Both the position numbers and the translations under genes were made by a program. A stretch of 64,000 bases of DNA from Paraphysomonas bandaiensis. Its lineage: Eukaryota; Protista; Chrysophyceae. Shown in pieces: positions 12,005 to 23,195 of the stretch. Every line of letters starts with the position of its first letter. The first letter of the stretch is position 1. The stretch spans positions 1 through 64,000 of the forward strand of contig CBFFRP010000280.1 in NCBI GenBank assembly GCA_965644295.1. The letters run 5' to 3'. The notes below the pieces were generated by a model. That model searched no databases. It worked only from the letters and a program-made list of their open reading frames with translations, and was not told the origin of the DNA.

Positions 12005-13414
12005 CTATAAGATCGCATCTGATATATCTAACTCTTGAAATCGATTCTGCTGCTGGGCAATGCTATCTACAGTGGACTGCGCTAGCTTAGTTCGCATTTT
12101 CTCAGCCGGAGGAGGGAGCAGTCCATCCACAGCTATTTGAAACACGTTCTCCATCATTTCTGGCAATAACCTTTCCAGCATCGGGCATGAAAATTCTAGA
12201 CACGGATTGGAATTCACTTCAATTAATGTTGACCTATACTCGGAGTCTACCATGTAGTCATAGCCAAGTAGTTCGAAGGATTTCCGTATGTCAGACTGAC
12301 TCAATCTGTCTCGGGTTGCCCGTATAGATATCGTTGTCTGCCGAAGTATTTGTGGAAGAATGACATTGTGTACAACACCAGGCGGAGCGTCGGGGTAGTC
12401 TCGATCGATGACAGTTTGCCACTCTTCGTAGTTAAGTTTATTCCCATTCTCATGTTTTCCGTACGCTGCAGATTTCTTCTGTACCGCGTCGTTGGTAAGA
12501 TGAGTTTCCCTGTCGCTTAAGTCTTTGAGGTTATATCGTCTGCATGAAGTCCGAACATATCCCTCTTCGTACAAGTAGGCTCGTAGATCGCCGTCGCGCA
12601 ATACGAGTAATACGAAGCATCGTACGTCGAACTTTCTTCCACTAATTAGAAGGGGACGTTCCATGTATTCCTGCACGATCCACCCACGGGACCTCTGTAG
12701 TCGCCGCCGAGATGGGTCGATCTCTTTACCTGCAGAAACAGGCGAGTCTTCTTCTTGATTGTGAGAATTGCTCATTCCAATGCACTCCAACACCTTTTGA
12801 GTTCCGCGGACAACCACTATACCACATCCACGGTTGCTACAAGAAGATGGTTTCAGGATCCAGATACCACTGTGATCACCAGACGACATATTTTCACTGT
12901 ACTCTAAAAATTCGCTCAACTCAGAGTTATTTTCATCGGCACATGAACCAGGCCTTTGAATGAAAAAAGTCCTTGGTACCACAGTAGACATGTCGCATCC
13001 AGTTTGACTACAATAGCTCCGCAGGCTCTCATATATACCTTTCTTTGATACCAAACACGCATTATTTTGTAAATGATTCAAAAGCACTCGTTTATATTTT
13101 CTGGTTTTGTATCTGGACGGGTTTCTGTACATCTCCCATATAAAATTACAAGTGGGTTTGGCCTCATTATAAGCCAGCCACCACTGTCTCCTTCGTAACA
13201 CATTCAACACAACCCGTGTATTATTTCCAGGTAAAACACGATACGTATAATTGGTTTCTATGGATGGACATGATGATACTCTTCTAGCACTCTTCTTATT
13301 ACCAGAGGCGACAGATTTCTTGTGTTTTATGTTGGAATCATCCCTACTCTCTCTTCGGCGTCTCTGATTCTTATTACCAGTACCACCCGACACTTTAATC
13401 GGTGGTAATATCAT
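12005..13414 (-). CDS. Tubulin-tyrosine ligase-like (TTL/TTLL) ATP-grasp enzyme
   Basis: Motifs WILKPSSCSNRGCGI, VQEYMERPLLISGRKFDVRCFVL, HLTNDAVQK and FELLGYDYMVD...LIEVNSNP. Confidence 0.92.
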   Translation of the reverse strand: MILPPIKVSGGTGNKNQRRRRESRDDSNIKHKKSVASGNKKSARRVSSCPSIETNYTYRVLPGNNTRVVLNVLRRRQWWLAYNEAKPTCNFIWEMYRNPSRYKTRKYKRVLLNHLQNNACLVSKKGIYESLRSYCSQTGCDMSTVVPRTFFIQRPGSCADENNSELSEFLEYSENMSSGDHSGIWILKPSSCSNRGCGIVVVRGTQKVLECIGMSNSHNQEEDSPVSAGKEIDPSRRRLQRSRGWIVQEYMERPLLISGRKFDVRCFVLLVLRDGDLRAYLYEEGYVRTSCRRYNLKDLSDRETHLTNDAVQKKSAAYGKHENGNKLNYEEWQTVIDRDYPDAPPGVVHNVILPQILRQTTISIRATRDRLSQSDIRKSFELLGYDYMVDSEYRSTLIEVNSNPCLEFSCPMLERLLPEMMENVFQIAVDGLLPPPAEKMRTKLAQSTVDSIAQQQNRFQELDISDAIL

Positions 13415-13853
13415 GATTAATTATAATATATCTGACATTATATATACATTCATATACTGCCAGTTAACTGCTATCTCATCTGTAATAATAACGATCCCCA
13501 TCATACATATGGTACATATACATACATATACTGGTATACACACACAGAGTATACATTTCCAGGCTTTCTTTCTAGTGTACAAAATACCAGATTTATAGAT
13601 ACCATGTGTAGAAACATAATACGATATGATAAAAACTCGAGTATGCTACATCGTACAGTATCATCAATACCATATACACGTACTGTACTGTACTGTACTG
13701 TACTGCTGTACTGTAGATGCATGTATGTCATAAAAATTTCATAGTCGTCCTGGTTGTGTTCCACAGTTACCAAGTAGAGCATCTGGAGTATCATTAAGGT
13801 GCAATTGTTAATTACCTCTGTACCTCTTTTCTCTTATAGTGTGTATATAAAAG

Positions 13854-15773
13854 ATGCCCTCTGCTCTTATATTTTTATTAGTTCATTCATGTATTGCATT
13901 AGTTGCATGTGCATCGATATACAACATACACGAGACGATGTCTTGTTGTAAAATGTCTGAGGATACTGCAGGATTGATGCATTGCATAGACAACATTGAT
14001 CCTGCTGCTCCATCTGACAACACTTCGATTGCATTGGTAACATATGCCTCGGATGACATTTTAGATTATGCCGCCTACTCCTTTGCTGTGAATTCTGCCT
14101 ACGCCGAGCACAACGGGTATGAAATTTTCTTTATGTCCCCTGACACAGGAAGCAATTATGAGCCACGTGACCAGAGATGGAACAGAGTTAAGATTATAGA
14201 TGATGCCTTAAACAAAGTGGACGGATGGCTAAAGGATGTGGATTACGTGGTTTGGATTGATGCTGATCTCATATTTATCGATCTAGATTTAAGTATTAAG
14301 GACTTGGTCGCAGAATATCCTGAATACGATATCATAATATCTGCAGAGCGTCATGCAGAAACTGGTGTTGCGAATACGGGTAGCTTTATCATGCGCAATT
14401 CCGACTGGAGCCGGCAGTTTTTGCAGGACTGGTGGAACAATTTTGATCGCACACTGAATCACGACCAGATTTTTTTCGATAAGTTGTACAAGATGCGTAT
14501 GCCAGGGATTGCAGATCATATTAAAATTCTTCCAGCCGACAAGATAAATTCCACTCCTCCACCGACCATCCATCAGCAGCCTGAAAACCAAGTGCTACAC
14601 ATGATGGGTCAGACAAAGGAGCTCAGACAGAAAGCATTCAAGCAAGGATTTGAGGAGATCTGCCGCGCCTACGAAGAAGGTGACCAGGTGGAATCGCAGC
14701 TAGGACTGACACAACCCAGACTTTACTCTATGGCAATGCAGTACTTTGAGGGTGACTTGAGTCGTATATTGGAACAGCTGCAGAACAACGATGTTGTGGC
14801 TGCAATGTCACCCGCAGAATTCCTGGGACTCGCTACTCGGGCAAGGGAGCATGTAGTGCAGATTGGGATCTACAATCCGCAGCAGGATAGCATGGATGTA
14901 GTGTTTTCTCTTTTTTCTGCGGCGAGGACACGAACTAAACTGGCCGAGGCGAGAGGAGAATCTGAAAAAGCGTTTCTTCCAGCCCTATACAACTCTTGGG
15001 CAGTGTATGCAAATGACCTTGCTCTGTCTATACCTGATGTTACAGAAAGAACGAAACTATATAGAGAGGTTGAAGGAGTGTTGGACAAGCTGGAGAAGGT
15101 GATATCACGAGGGCAATTGTCAGTGGCACAGGAAATGAAACTCCGTCTATACAGCCAATTGGGTCACGCCGAGCTCGAAAAAAAGGACTATGAGCGTGCC
15201 GCACCATACTTCAAGAAATCTCTTGCAATGTTGGAGGATATGGGGGATGATGGGAACCCAGTATATGCTATTGATCCGCTCATGAGTTTGGGGAGTACGT
15301 TCTGCGTGATTGGTCGGTTGGATGAAGGTTTGGGGTATCTGGCTCAGGCCTTAGATACGCAGGAGAAGCTTCTCTTTGCAGAGCAGCAACTGAAACAAGA
15401 CCATATACGGTTAGCTACTATTCTATTGCGAGCTGCAGGGTGTCTTGCCAAGGCCCAGCAATTTCGCTCTGCGAAGGTGCATATCTTGAGGGCAGAGGAT
15501 ATACTGCAGAGACATCCTGAGCGAGGAGCGACAGAGAGCCTGCTAGTTGCTCTGCGTAGGATAGACTCCAGGGTGACTTCAGCTCTACAGAGCGACGATG
15601 ATATTGCATTTTTGAATCAACTAGAAAAAGATCACGCCGCTGGAAAGACCAAGCATTCGAACTATTTTCAAACTACCAATGGTGATGATGAACACGACGC
15701 CATCCCAAAGACAACAAAGAAGAAGTTTATGAGAAAAAGAAGTAAAGGAGACGGGAGGAAATCGGAGCTATAG
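13854..15773 (+). CDS. GT34 (GMA12/MNN10-like) glycosyltransferase fused to TPR-like repeats; signal peptide and C-terminal KSEL
   Basis: Motifs YAEHNGY, WNRVKII, DYVVWIDADLIF, NTGSFIMRNSDWSRQFLQDWW and HDQ. The C-terminal half has TPR-like helices (YSQLGHAELEKKDYERAAPYFKKSL). The N-terminus is hydrophobic. Confidence 0.85.
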   Translation: MPSALIFLLVHSCIALVACASIYNIHETMSCCKMSEDTAGLMHCIDNIDPAAPSDNTSIALVTYASDDILDYAAYSFAVNSAYAEHNGYEIFFMSPDTGSNYEPRDQRWNRVKIIDDALNKVDGWLKDVDYVVWIDADLIFIDLDLSIKDLVAEYPEYDIIISAERHAETGVANTGSFIMRNSDWSRQFLQDWWNNFDRTLNHDQIFFDKLYKMRMPGIADHIKILPADKINSTPPPTIHQQPENQVLHMMGQTKELRQKAFKQGFEEICRAYEEGDQVESQLGLTQPRLYSMAMQYFEGDLSRILEQLQNNDVVAAMSPAEFLGLATRAREHVVQIGIYNPQQDSMDVVFSLFSAARTRTKLAEARGESEKAFLPALYNSWAVYANDLALSIPDVTERTKLYREVEGVLDKLEKVISRGQLSVAQEMKLRLYSQLGHAELEKKDYERAAPYFKKSLAMLEDMGDDGNPVYAIDPLMSLGSTFCVIGRLDEGLGYLAQALDTQEKLLFAEQQLKQDHIRLATILLRAAGCLAKAQQFRSAKVHILRAEDILQRHPERGATESLLVALRRIDSRVTSALQSDDDIAFLNQLEKDHAAGKTKHSNYFQTTNGDDEHDAIPKTTKKKFMRKRSKGDGRKSEL

Positions 15774-16399
15774 AATGACTCTTATTGTTCTACTAAATGA
15801 GTATTTTTATTTCGAGGTAATAAGAAATAAGTATTGGTGCAAAACATTGCACAGTTCTACGGTTACAGCCAGTTTAAGTTGTGAAGATAGAATTTCCAGC
15901 TAGCAATTTATATCAAAGAATCCTTCACTCATTCAGAAAGAAATAGAATGCGTCATGCGAGCATGAGAATTTAACTCACAAACTGAGAAGAAGGAAATAC
16001 GCATGACATGTATGCGAAGACTCCTTCTGCAGTAGTAATGTAATGTAAAACTAACATACGCCTCCAGCTACTGTTCCGTTTAGCACCATGTAATATCACC
16101 GTCGTGCGGTTCGTGTAAAATTAAACTGGCGCTGTGCTCTCGAGTACTTCTATATGAATTAGGAATATTACGCTTTCTTAATTTGAAACTAACTAAAATT
16201 CCAAATTATGTTAAAAATGTGAAGAATATGCGATGTATACACATCTGACAGGTGTAGCCGTTAAGAAATTGTAGTGGTGCAAGTGTGACTCTGATACCCC
16301 TGATGAGATATTTGTCCATCTTAAGATACAATGCTGAAATATATGATGCACATTGCATATTGCATGCATACAATATTTGCTAGAGTATGCTCCCACGTT

Positions 16400-16540
16400 T
16401 GACTAGGTGAATACCCTATTCCACCTAGTCATTGTAAAGTTAAAAATCTAAGTATTTAATGACTAGGTTTTTCAACCTTTTGACTAGGTTTTTACACCAA
16501 TTTTGGTGTGACTAGGAAATTCCACCAAATTGACTATAGG
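16400..16540 (+). repeat. Dispersed repeat with multiple GACTAGG motifs (second copy inverted at 63580-63690)
   Basis: tgactaggtttttacaccaattttggtgtgactaggaaattccaccaaattgact matches the reverse complement of 63580-63640 with few mismatches. Confidence 0.7.
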
Positions 16541-16699
16541 TCGAAAAATAGATCCCGACCTAAATTGTCTGCAACCACGTCATCATAATATGGTTTCGAT
16601 TGAATAGCATTACAATCAAATTACAGTGTGTTGAGTTTTGCTGTTTGAGAGCAATTGAAAGCTGTTTTTATAAGGTAATTAAATTATTACCTGTAACGT

Positions 16700-16772
16700 G
16701 GTTCCGTGGTGTAGCAGTTATCACATTTTGTTTACACCGAAAAGGTCGCCGGTTCGATTCCGGCTGGGATCA
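16700..16772 (+). tRNA. tRNA-Val(TAC), possibly a variant or pseudogene
   Basis: Cloverleaf: acceptor GGTTCCG/TGGGATC, D-stem GTGT/TCAC region, anticodon loop TTTACAC, T-arm GCCGG-TTCGATT-CCGGC, followed by a T-run terminator. The D-loop GG reads AG, and there are several G.U pairs. Confidence 0.82.
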
Positions 16773-16789
16773 GTTTCTTTTTTACGCAA

Positions 16790-17320
16790 TTTAAATCGAG
16801 CAACACCCAGCGAAAGCCATGGGTTATACACGAAAAGCGGAGACCTAACGCACCCCTCCGGTCGCCTTCCTCTTCCCCCACCCCGTCTCAGCAGAGACGC
16901 CACGACGCCAACTCCGTCAGATACTCCTCTGCCCAAGGCCCAACTGGCTTCAAAAGCCATTCCAAGACAAGCAGGAGCCCCATCATACCCCCAACATCTC
17001 AGGTTAATAACACTTGACTCACAGATACAGAATCCTTCTCCACTAAGTCCCAAGGAGCCCTATCCTAAGGGGCGTCCTCCTGACTGATCCTTCTGTACTT
17101 CAAGGACTGACATCCGCAAAGAGCTTCTCCCTCACACACAAGAATGAAAGTGGTTGCACATTGGTGCTTGCGGCTATGCACATGTAGCCTCGGTAGCGTT
17201 ACATATAGTAGGATATTAGAATTTGTACTAGTTAGTTACTGGTAGAGGTAGATCTTGTCTTCATCTAACTACTTATCTGGTGTCATTTTTTGACGCCTAC
17301 TGCTAATAATAAGGCTTTCA
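16790..17320 (+). mobile_element. 5'-truncated non-LTR retrotransposon-like fragment (ORF end ...PKGRPPD* plus conserved 3' tail)
   Basis: Peptide PQHLRLITLDSQIQNPSPLSPKEPYPKGRPPD* is homologous to the one encoded at 48117-48230 (-). The tail gtggttgcac..ttggtgcttgcgg...cgcctactgctaataataag is shared with copies at 19.8, 44.6, 47.9 and 54.4 kb. Confidence 0.65.
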
Positions 17321-17556
17321 CACATTAAATTATAGCTGCTACGAGTAGTATACAGTTGTGGTTAACTGTAATATGAGAGTTAATGTCATGATGATGAGTA
17401 TATAGCAGTAAAACGGAATATAGTGTCGATGAAAGTTAGTAGCGAAGTAAGATCATACGAGAAATGAGTGGTAATAGAGATAACACGAAATTGGTGAATG
17501 ATAAGAGATATTTATAATATCAGCATAGAGTGAACCATAGTATATGATTCCTGGAA

Positions 17557-18621
17557 CTAATTTCCAAAAATTACACTTCTCCATTTCATCGACATATGGC
17601 TTACGATACTTTCACGTGTCTCTATCTCCGTACGCACACGGATTTCAAAGGGTTGCTTTCCAGTTAGCACCCCTTCATCTTCATAGTAGTCGAAGAGTCC
17701 AGTAGATCCTTTAAAAGACCCTAGTCCTTCCATCAAAGGATTCACTTCAATAAGTACAACATGCCCAGGTCCCAGCCAGGCAAGGTCCAGCATGGCATTA
17801 GGAATAGGTAGAGACTCACGAATTTGCTCGAAGAAGGCCAGACAATCATCAGCAATGTCATTCTTTTCATCTTCCAGGCCAGGAAAGAACAGAGAGTGCC
17901 AATACTGGCCAACACAATTCAGCTTTTTGTTCCATACGAACCCTCTGAACTCGCACCTGGGAGTAATCCGTGGCTCCCACTCTCTGATGACAAGACTAAG
18001 TGGATGCTGAATGTCCCCTTCTTCGTAGGCATACATGAGATCTTCTGCCGCTCGCATCGAATCTAGCAGAATTGTGACAGCCTCGGTTCCATTTCTCACA
18101 GCTGAAGCTCGAACCATCTCCTCCGAAAACAAACACATGCGGTCATTATAATGCAATTCCGCAGGATTTCCCAAGGTGTTAAGTTTCTCGTAAAATGCGG
18201 ATGTCGCCTTCCGAAATATTGTGTTAGAATCCTTAGGAGATCTTGTTGATAACTTCACAAACACACCATGTGAAGACGGAAATGAAACTTGGATAGTATC
18301 ATCAATACGCCGGACAAGATTCTCTAATGAAGATGGTATTTCTACAAGTACCTCTGAGCTACGACTAGTGACTTGTTTCCAGTACTCTATGATAGCCTCA
18401 GCTTCATGTGGTTGTATTTCTATAAACTGACTGCGGAAGGTATGTCTGTTATCAAGGTTATCATACCACTTATCTACACCTGACGAGAAGAAGTATTCTC
18501 GTGTCTGTTGGTCTTGTTCCTTACAGGGCTCGCTATCTAGAAGCTGTTTTATATCCAACTCATCACCTTTGGTTTGAGTAGGTTTTAATTGATTCTTGAC
18601 TTTAGCTATATCGTTAAACAT
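17557..18621 (-). CDS. Cdc123/D123-like (R2K clade) ATP-grasp protein
   Basis: Motifs VFVKLSTRSPKDS, LVIREW, EFRGFVWNKKLNCVGQY and DLAW...VLIEVNP. Likely start is MFNDIAK at 18621; the ORF track extends to 18684 through a CATA-rich tract. Confidence 0.85.
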   Translation of the reverse strand: MFNDIAKVKNQLKPTQTKGDELDIKQLLDSEPCKEQDQQTREYFFSSGVDKWYDNLDNRHTFRSQFIEIQPHEAEAIIEYWKQVTSRSSEVLVEIPSSLENLVRRIDDTIQVSFPSSHGVFVKLSTRSPKDSNTIFRKATSAFYEKLNTLGNPAELHYNDRMCLFSEEMVRASAVRNGTEAVTILLDSMRAAEDLMYAYEEGDIQHPLSLVIREWEPRITPRCEFRGFVWNKKLNCVGQYWHSLFFPGLEDEKNDIADDCLAFFEQIRESLPIPNAMLDLAWLGPGHVVLIEVNPLMEGLGSFKGSTGLFDYYEDEGVLTGKQPFEIRVRTEIETRESIVSHMSMKWRSVIFGN

Positions 18622-18770
18622 TGAGGAGGATATGCTGCTTTGATCCCTCTGCGCTATATGCTCCACACATACATACATATGCACCTATAAGCAACATCAT
18701 ATCGGACGCTACACAACATGCACAGTAGAGAAATATCCCAGAAATCGCGGGAAAAAGCTGATGCTTTAGG

Positions 18771-18917
18771 CGTATCGGCAGTCAGCATCTTATTTTTCGG
18801 GAAGAAATTGAAGCAATTATACTCTATATCACTGCAATACAACTTCGGCTGTAATACAGATATTTATTGTCTCAACATTAGAGGCATCTCTGAACAAAAA
18901 TAAAGGATGCCGATACG
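18771..18917. mobile_element. Small MITE-like element with 10-bp inverted ends CGTATCGGCA/TGCCGATACG
   Basis: Terminal inverted repeat is visible. A diverged second copy lies at 48295-48445. Confidence 0.6.
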
Positions 18918-19387
18918 TGACTAGCAGTGTACCTACACGCATACTACAATCGTACTACAGTACTGCTGTACATACATACATACAAGACACATCTAGCTAT
19001 TATCTATGTGCGTGTTCGGATATAGCAGTGGAGCACAATATACTCCAATTATTGAATTTATTGAAAGGAGTATGTCAGTTCCGGAGTTCGGACAATTCTC
19101 TCAACAGATATGTAGCGCTCATAGTGGGGAGGTGTAGTACATGATACTATACAGTGTGTGTTGTGATGTATATTTTCGGCATCAGAACTTTCCAGTAATA
19201 TTCTTGATGTTTCAAAGTCTTTGTTATGAATATAGACCACCTGAGCTGTCATGGTTATGATAGTCTGTGTGAGAGGAGTGGTGCTCGTCATTATGGTTTC
19301 TATCAAAATTTTAACATTGTGGATGGTTTGAACTAATTCACTGGACGTTGTATACACCCACTAGCCCATTATAAGTTATAAGTTATA

Positions 19388-19975
19388 TCCCTCAACAAAG
19401 TCGGACTCGTACCGTTTAGTGGTGTTCTGGGGGATAAGCGCCGGAGATATTCTCTCCGGAAACTAATTTGAGCCGGCAACATAGGCAGCAGATATTGTTC
19501 TGCCCAATCATAGCCGAATGCTTTGTAGTCCAAGGGACACTAATCAGTGCCACTTGTGTAGACGTCTTGATCCTGACGAATAAACAGGCATCCGGAAATG
19601 GGCCCACCTCAAGGGCATCCAAGACTGGGCCCATCTGAAGGGTAAACGGGGTTTTGGGCTGCCTGCTAAAGTCAAGCATCCGGGATGTTCACCTTCAGGA
19701 CTCAAAAAACCTGATGTCAGCAGATGTCAGGTATATCAACATTCTGCTTGCTCACTGCGTTCGCTTTGAGTGATAGAGCGGAGGGGGTTGCACCTTGGTG
19801 CCTGCGGCGACGTACAGGCAGTTTCCGAAGCGTTAAATAGTAAGATAATAGAGTTTGTACTATTTAGTTGGTTAGTTCCAGGTAGACGTCTATCTAGCTT
19901 GACTAGTTTTCATCTAGCTACTAAGCTGGTACTGATTCTTAACACCTATTGCTAATTAAATTATAAGACTTTCAA
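19388..19975 (+). mobile_element. About 590-bp non-autonomous retroelement-like repeat (SINE-like) sharing its 3' tail with the LINE-like fragments
   Basis: High similarity to 44285-44667 plus 45403-45480 and to 54230-54585. It contains the empty hAT target site atctagct at 19892-19899. Confidence 0.7.
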
Positions 19976-21558
19976 TAAACTATAGTCTCTCATATTCATA
20001 TCATTCGTTGCCTTTCACCAAATTCATGTCATCTTACATCTTACAAGGTCAACATATTTCATGTTCACTATTCAGTACAATAATTACAATTATAGTATCC
20101 ATAGTTCATGTAATACTGTTAACGGTCATAATTCAAACATCTTAGATTTTATTTTAAACAGCAGAACTCAGCAGTTTCCTTACAATTGTTTTCACTTTTC
20201 AATGACTGTCAATATCATAATAAAGGGGTAATGGTAGCTAATAGTCACACAGCGTAAAGCTTGCTTATCGATCTAATCAGGAATAGACAGAAAGGAAAAA
20301 GTAGGACGTCAGGAATGTAAACCATAATCGGTTATCACAAGTTATCTGAACATCTGAAGAGTGTTAAAATAGCAGAAACCGCCACTGTATCACTGACGAC
20401 TATCATTAGATAATAGAATATTGATAACAATAACTTATTTCCAATGATATACAAATGAAAACGTAAACAAAAGCTCTTGTAGCTGCAGTGTAAAAACGGC
20501 GATGTACTCTATACAAAAATATCTGCCACAGATATTTTTTGTATCTCAGTTCTATCAGTTGAAGATCCCACGAAAAACCTCGCAAGGTTGAATAGTAATT
20601 TCATAATCCTGAACCCTTGATATAACATAATATCGTAAAATAAATATCACGGCATATAAGAAGCGATAAACCGCAACTATAGTTCTAACAAATTGACGTA
20701 AACTAATACTGACGTAAGCAAGAATCAAATGACGGGAAAATATACACACAATTATGCAATAACCACTAAGGTCTGAGCTACTGCACCTCCACAGGGTAGT
20801 TGATAATCATCAAATTAACATCCTAGTTACATTTCATATTGTATTTTCTGTACCTTTTCGTTCGACTTGTAAACAGAGAGTAATCAGAAGCACCGGTTAC
20901 CGAAGGACAATCTGCGCTACGCATACCAGAATACGATGAGTACGTCAGTAACAAAGCATATCCGCCTGCAAAATTCCATACGTACGCAATACGCAGGGTG
21001 GTTACACTACTACCAATAGAACAATACACACTCCCATATATCTACGGTAAAAATGTACGAATCACACATATTATTCATTCGTCACTCATATAGAAATAAT
21101 AGTTCCTAATAAATCGAGAAATGATAATTGATACGATATAGTTATCAATGTATAGCACAATTGTCCCTGCACATTAGTACCAATGTCCACCAAAGAATAA
21201 TATCAGCTACGGTCCATATGAACATTGACAATCTAAGCTACTTAAGTACAATGATATCTAATCGACTACTGTGTACTGCATAGCATGACATCCTTTACGT
21301 ATACTGATAGAATGAACGAAATACCAAAATACTGCATTGCTTACGCCATGACATGATACTAATAACTTCCTACTACAACATGCGCTAATAAATGCAAACG
21401 AGGGCACGTAACACAGTTCCCTACACTTCAATTGCGATATAGAAATGGCATATGTACTTCACAATAGGCACCTCTTGGGCTATATAATGCGCACATATGT
21501 AATGTAAACATGTAGCTGAGGTGTATACCCTACCCACGAGTACGTGACAGTACACGTC

Positions 21559-22770
21559 TTAGGCCATTCCATTGTATCCCCTGCCGGCCCCAGGTGCAGG
21601 AGCCATTCCAGGAGCCTGCTGTTGCCCCCCAGCGGGCCCGCGAACCAATCCCGGCTGCTGTTGAGGTTGCTGGCTCCACATCGCTTGCGGCACACCAGAC
21701 AACACCTGATGCCCTCCCATCATATGGGGAGCTTGAGGCGTGCCTTGTGGCATTCCCGGTCCGTAAATACCCGGCATACCTTGCGGTACACCTCCACCAG
21801 GAACATATCGCTGTCCTCCAGGCATGCCCATACCAACAGGCATTCCTAGTCCACGACCCATACCATGGGGAGCAAATGTGGGCTTGGGGGTGTTTCCACG
21901 CCACGCTTCTGGCAGATCCCGCTGACTCAGGAGTTGCTTGACAAGCATGAGCATGGCATGGCATCGTTGTCTCTCAGTCCCATTGATCAGTATCGTACGG
22001 CCAAAATAGTAACCCACCTGCATCATTTCTTCCTCAGATTGAACGTGAGTTCGCGCCCCAGACTCCTGCTGAATACGTTTTATGACGGCACCGGCTTTGC
22101 CTGTCCAGCAATGAGTTGAGAGGAGTGAGTGGAGGAACCATCATACAAATCAACAACACTTACCTATCAGTGGAGCGCACAGTTCAGTAGGAACAACCAT
22201 TCTCAGCTCATCCAAAGTCCCAGGAGGCAAGGTGTCGGCTTTTGCCACAATTCGTGCATATGCCATTTGGTATGCCTCACACACGGCCTTAACAGATCCC
22301 ATGAAAAAAATATGTCGCTCAGGGGCACCGGTAGGAAAGCTCTGTGCCTGTTCGATTTGTGTGCGCGCCTTCGTTTTTCTGCGAATATCAGCAACATTTG
22401 AACCCTGTTTGCCAATAATATACGAAGCTAATGCCATATCATTGGGTATTTTTATAGCTAAAGTGATCGGAGACCCCTCAGCGCTACACTCCACATCATA
22501 TAAATCAGCTATGACATCACCACCAAACATATCCTCTGTCTCACATCCTGGTGCTTTAGGTACCTTACTGTATTGATTATTTCCATCAGATAAACCGGAA
22601 TCAATGAGTGGTCGCTTCCTAGTGATGCGAGTAGGGTCTAAATCATATATTACATTCTCAAGAAACTGAATCGCATTCTCTTTAGATGCGCACATGTTAA
22701 CGAAGAAATTCGCCACAGTAGACACATCATTTCGTGCTACGACTTCACCCAAAAGGACGCTGTCGGTCAT
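21559..22770 (-). CDS. KH-domain RNA-binding protein (two KH domains, G/P/Q/M-rich tail), 2 exons
   Basis: KH motifs SYIIGKQGSNVADIRRKTKARTQI and, across a short intron near 22102-22163, APLIG|KAGAVIKRIQQESGARTHV. Start MTDSVLL at 22770. Confidence 0.88.
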
Positions 22771-23195
22771 GGTGTGGTTAATGTATTGTGACGAGGTAGG
22801 TGTGTGATTATTCATGCATATAGTATGATCGAGATGTCTGTGTGGTATCTCAGCAGCATGTGAGTGTATTGTATATGTATGTAGCACATAGCAGATTTCG
22901 GTATACGGTATAAGAACTTTCACATACTGCTATACCATAATGGATAATGGTGTATAATGTACCATGTACAGGCAAGAGGGTGTGTGGAAATGTGTATGCT
23001 ATGGAGGAGTACTGTATATGGACATACTATACTTCGTACTGCTGTACAGACCATGTGCAGTGGTACACTGCTGTACGTATACATACACAGCCGGAGCATG
23101 GAACATTGCATCCACTGCACCTCCCATACATTGCCACCTCTATACCTCGACATTGAGCATTGAGAACACCTCACCCCCCAATGCTGTAATCTGAC

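Noticed and set aside
16698-17087. 129-aa ORF as a host gene
   Set aside because: It runs through the tRNA, and its 3' part is a retroelement ORF remnant.
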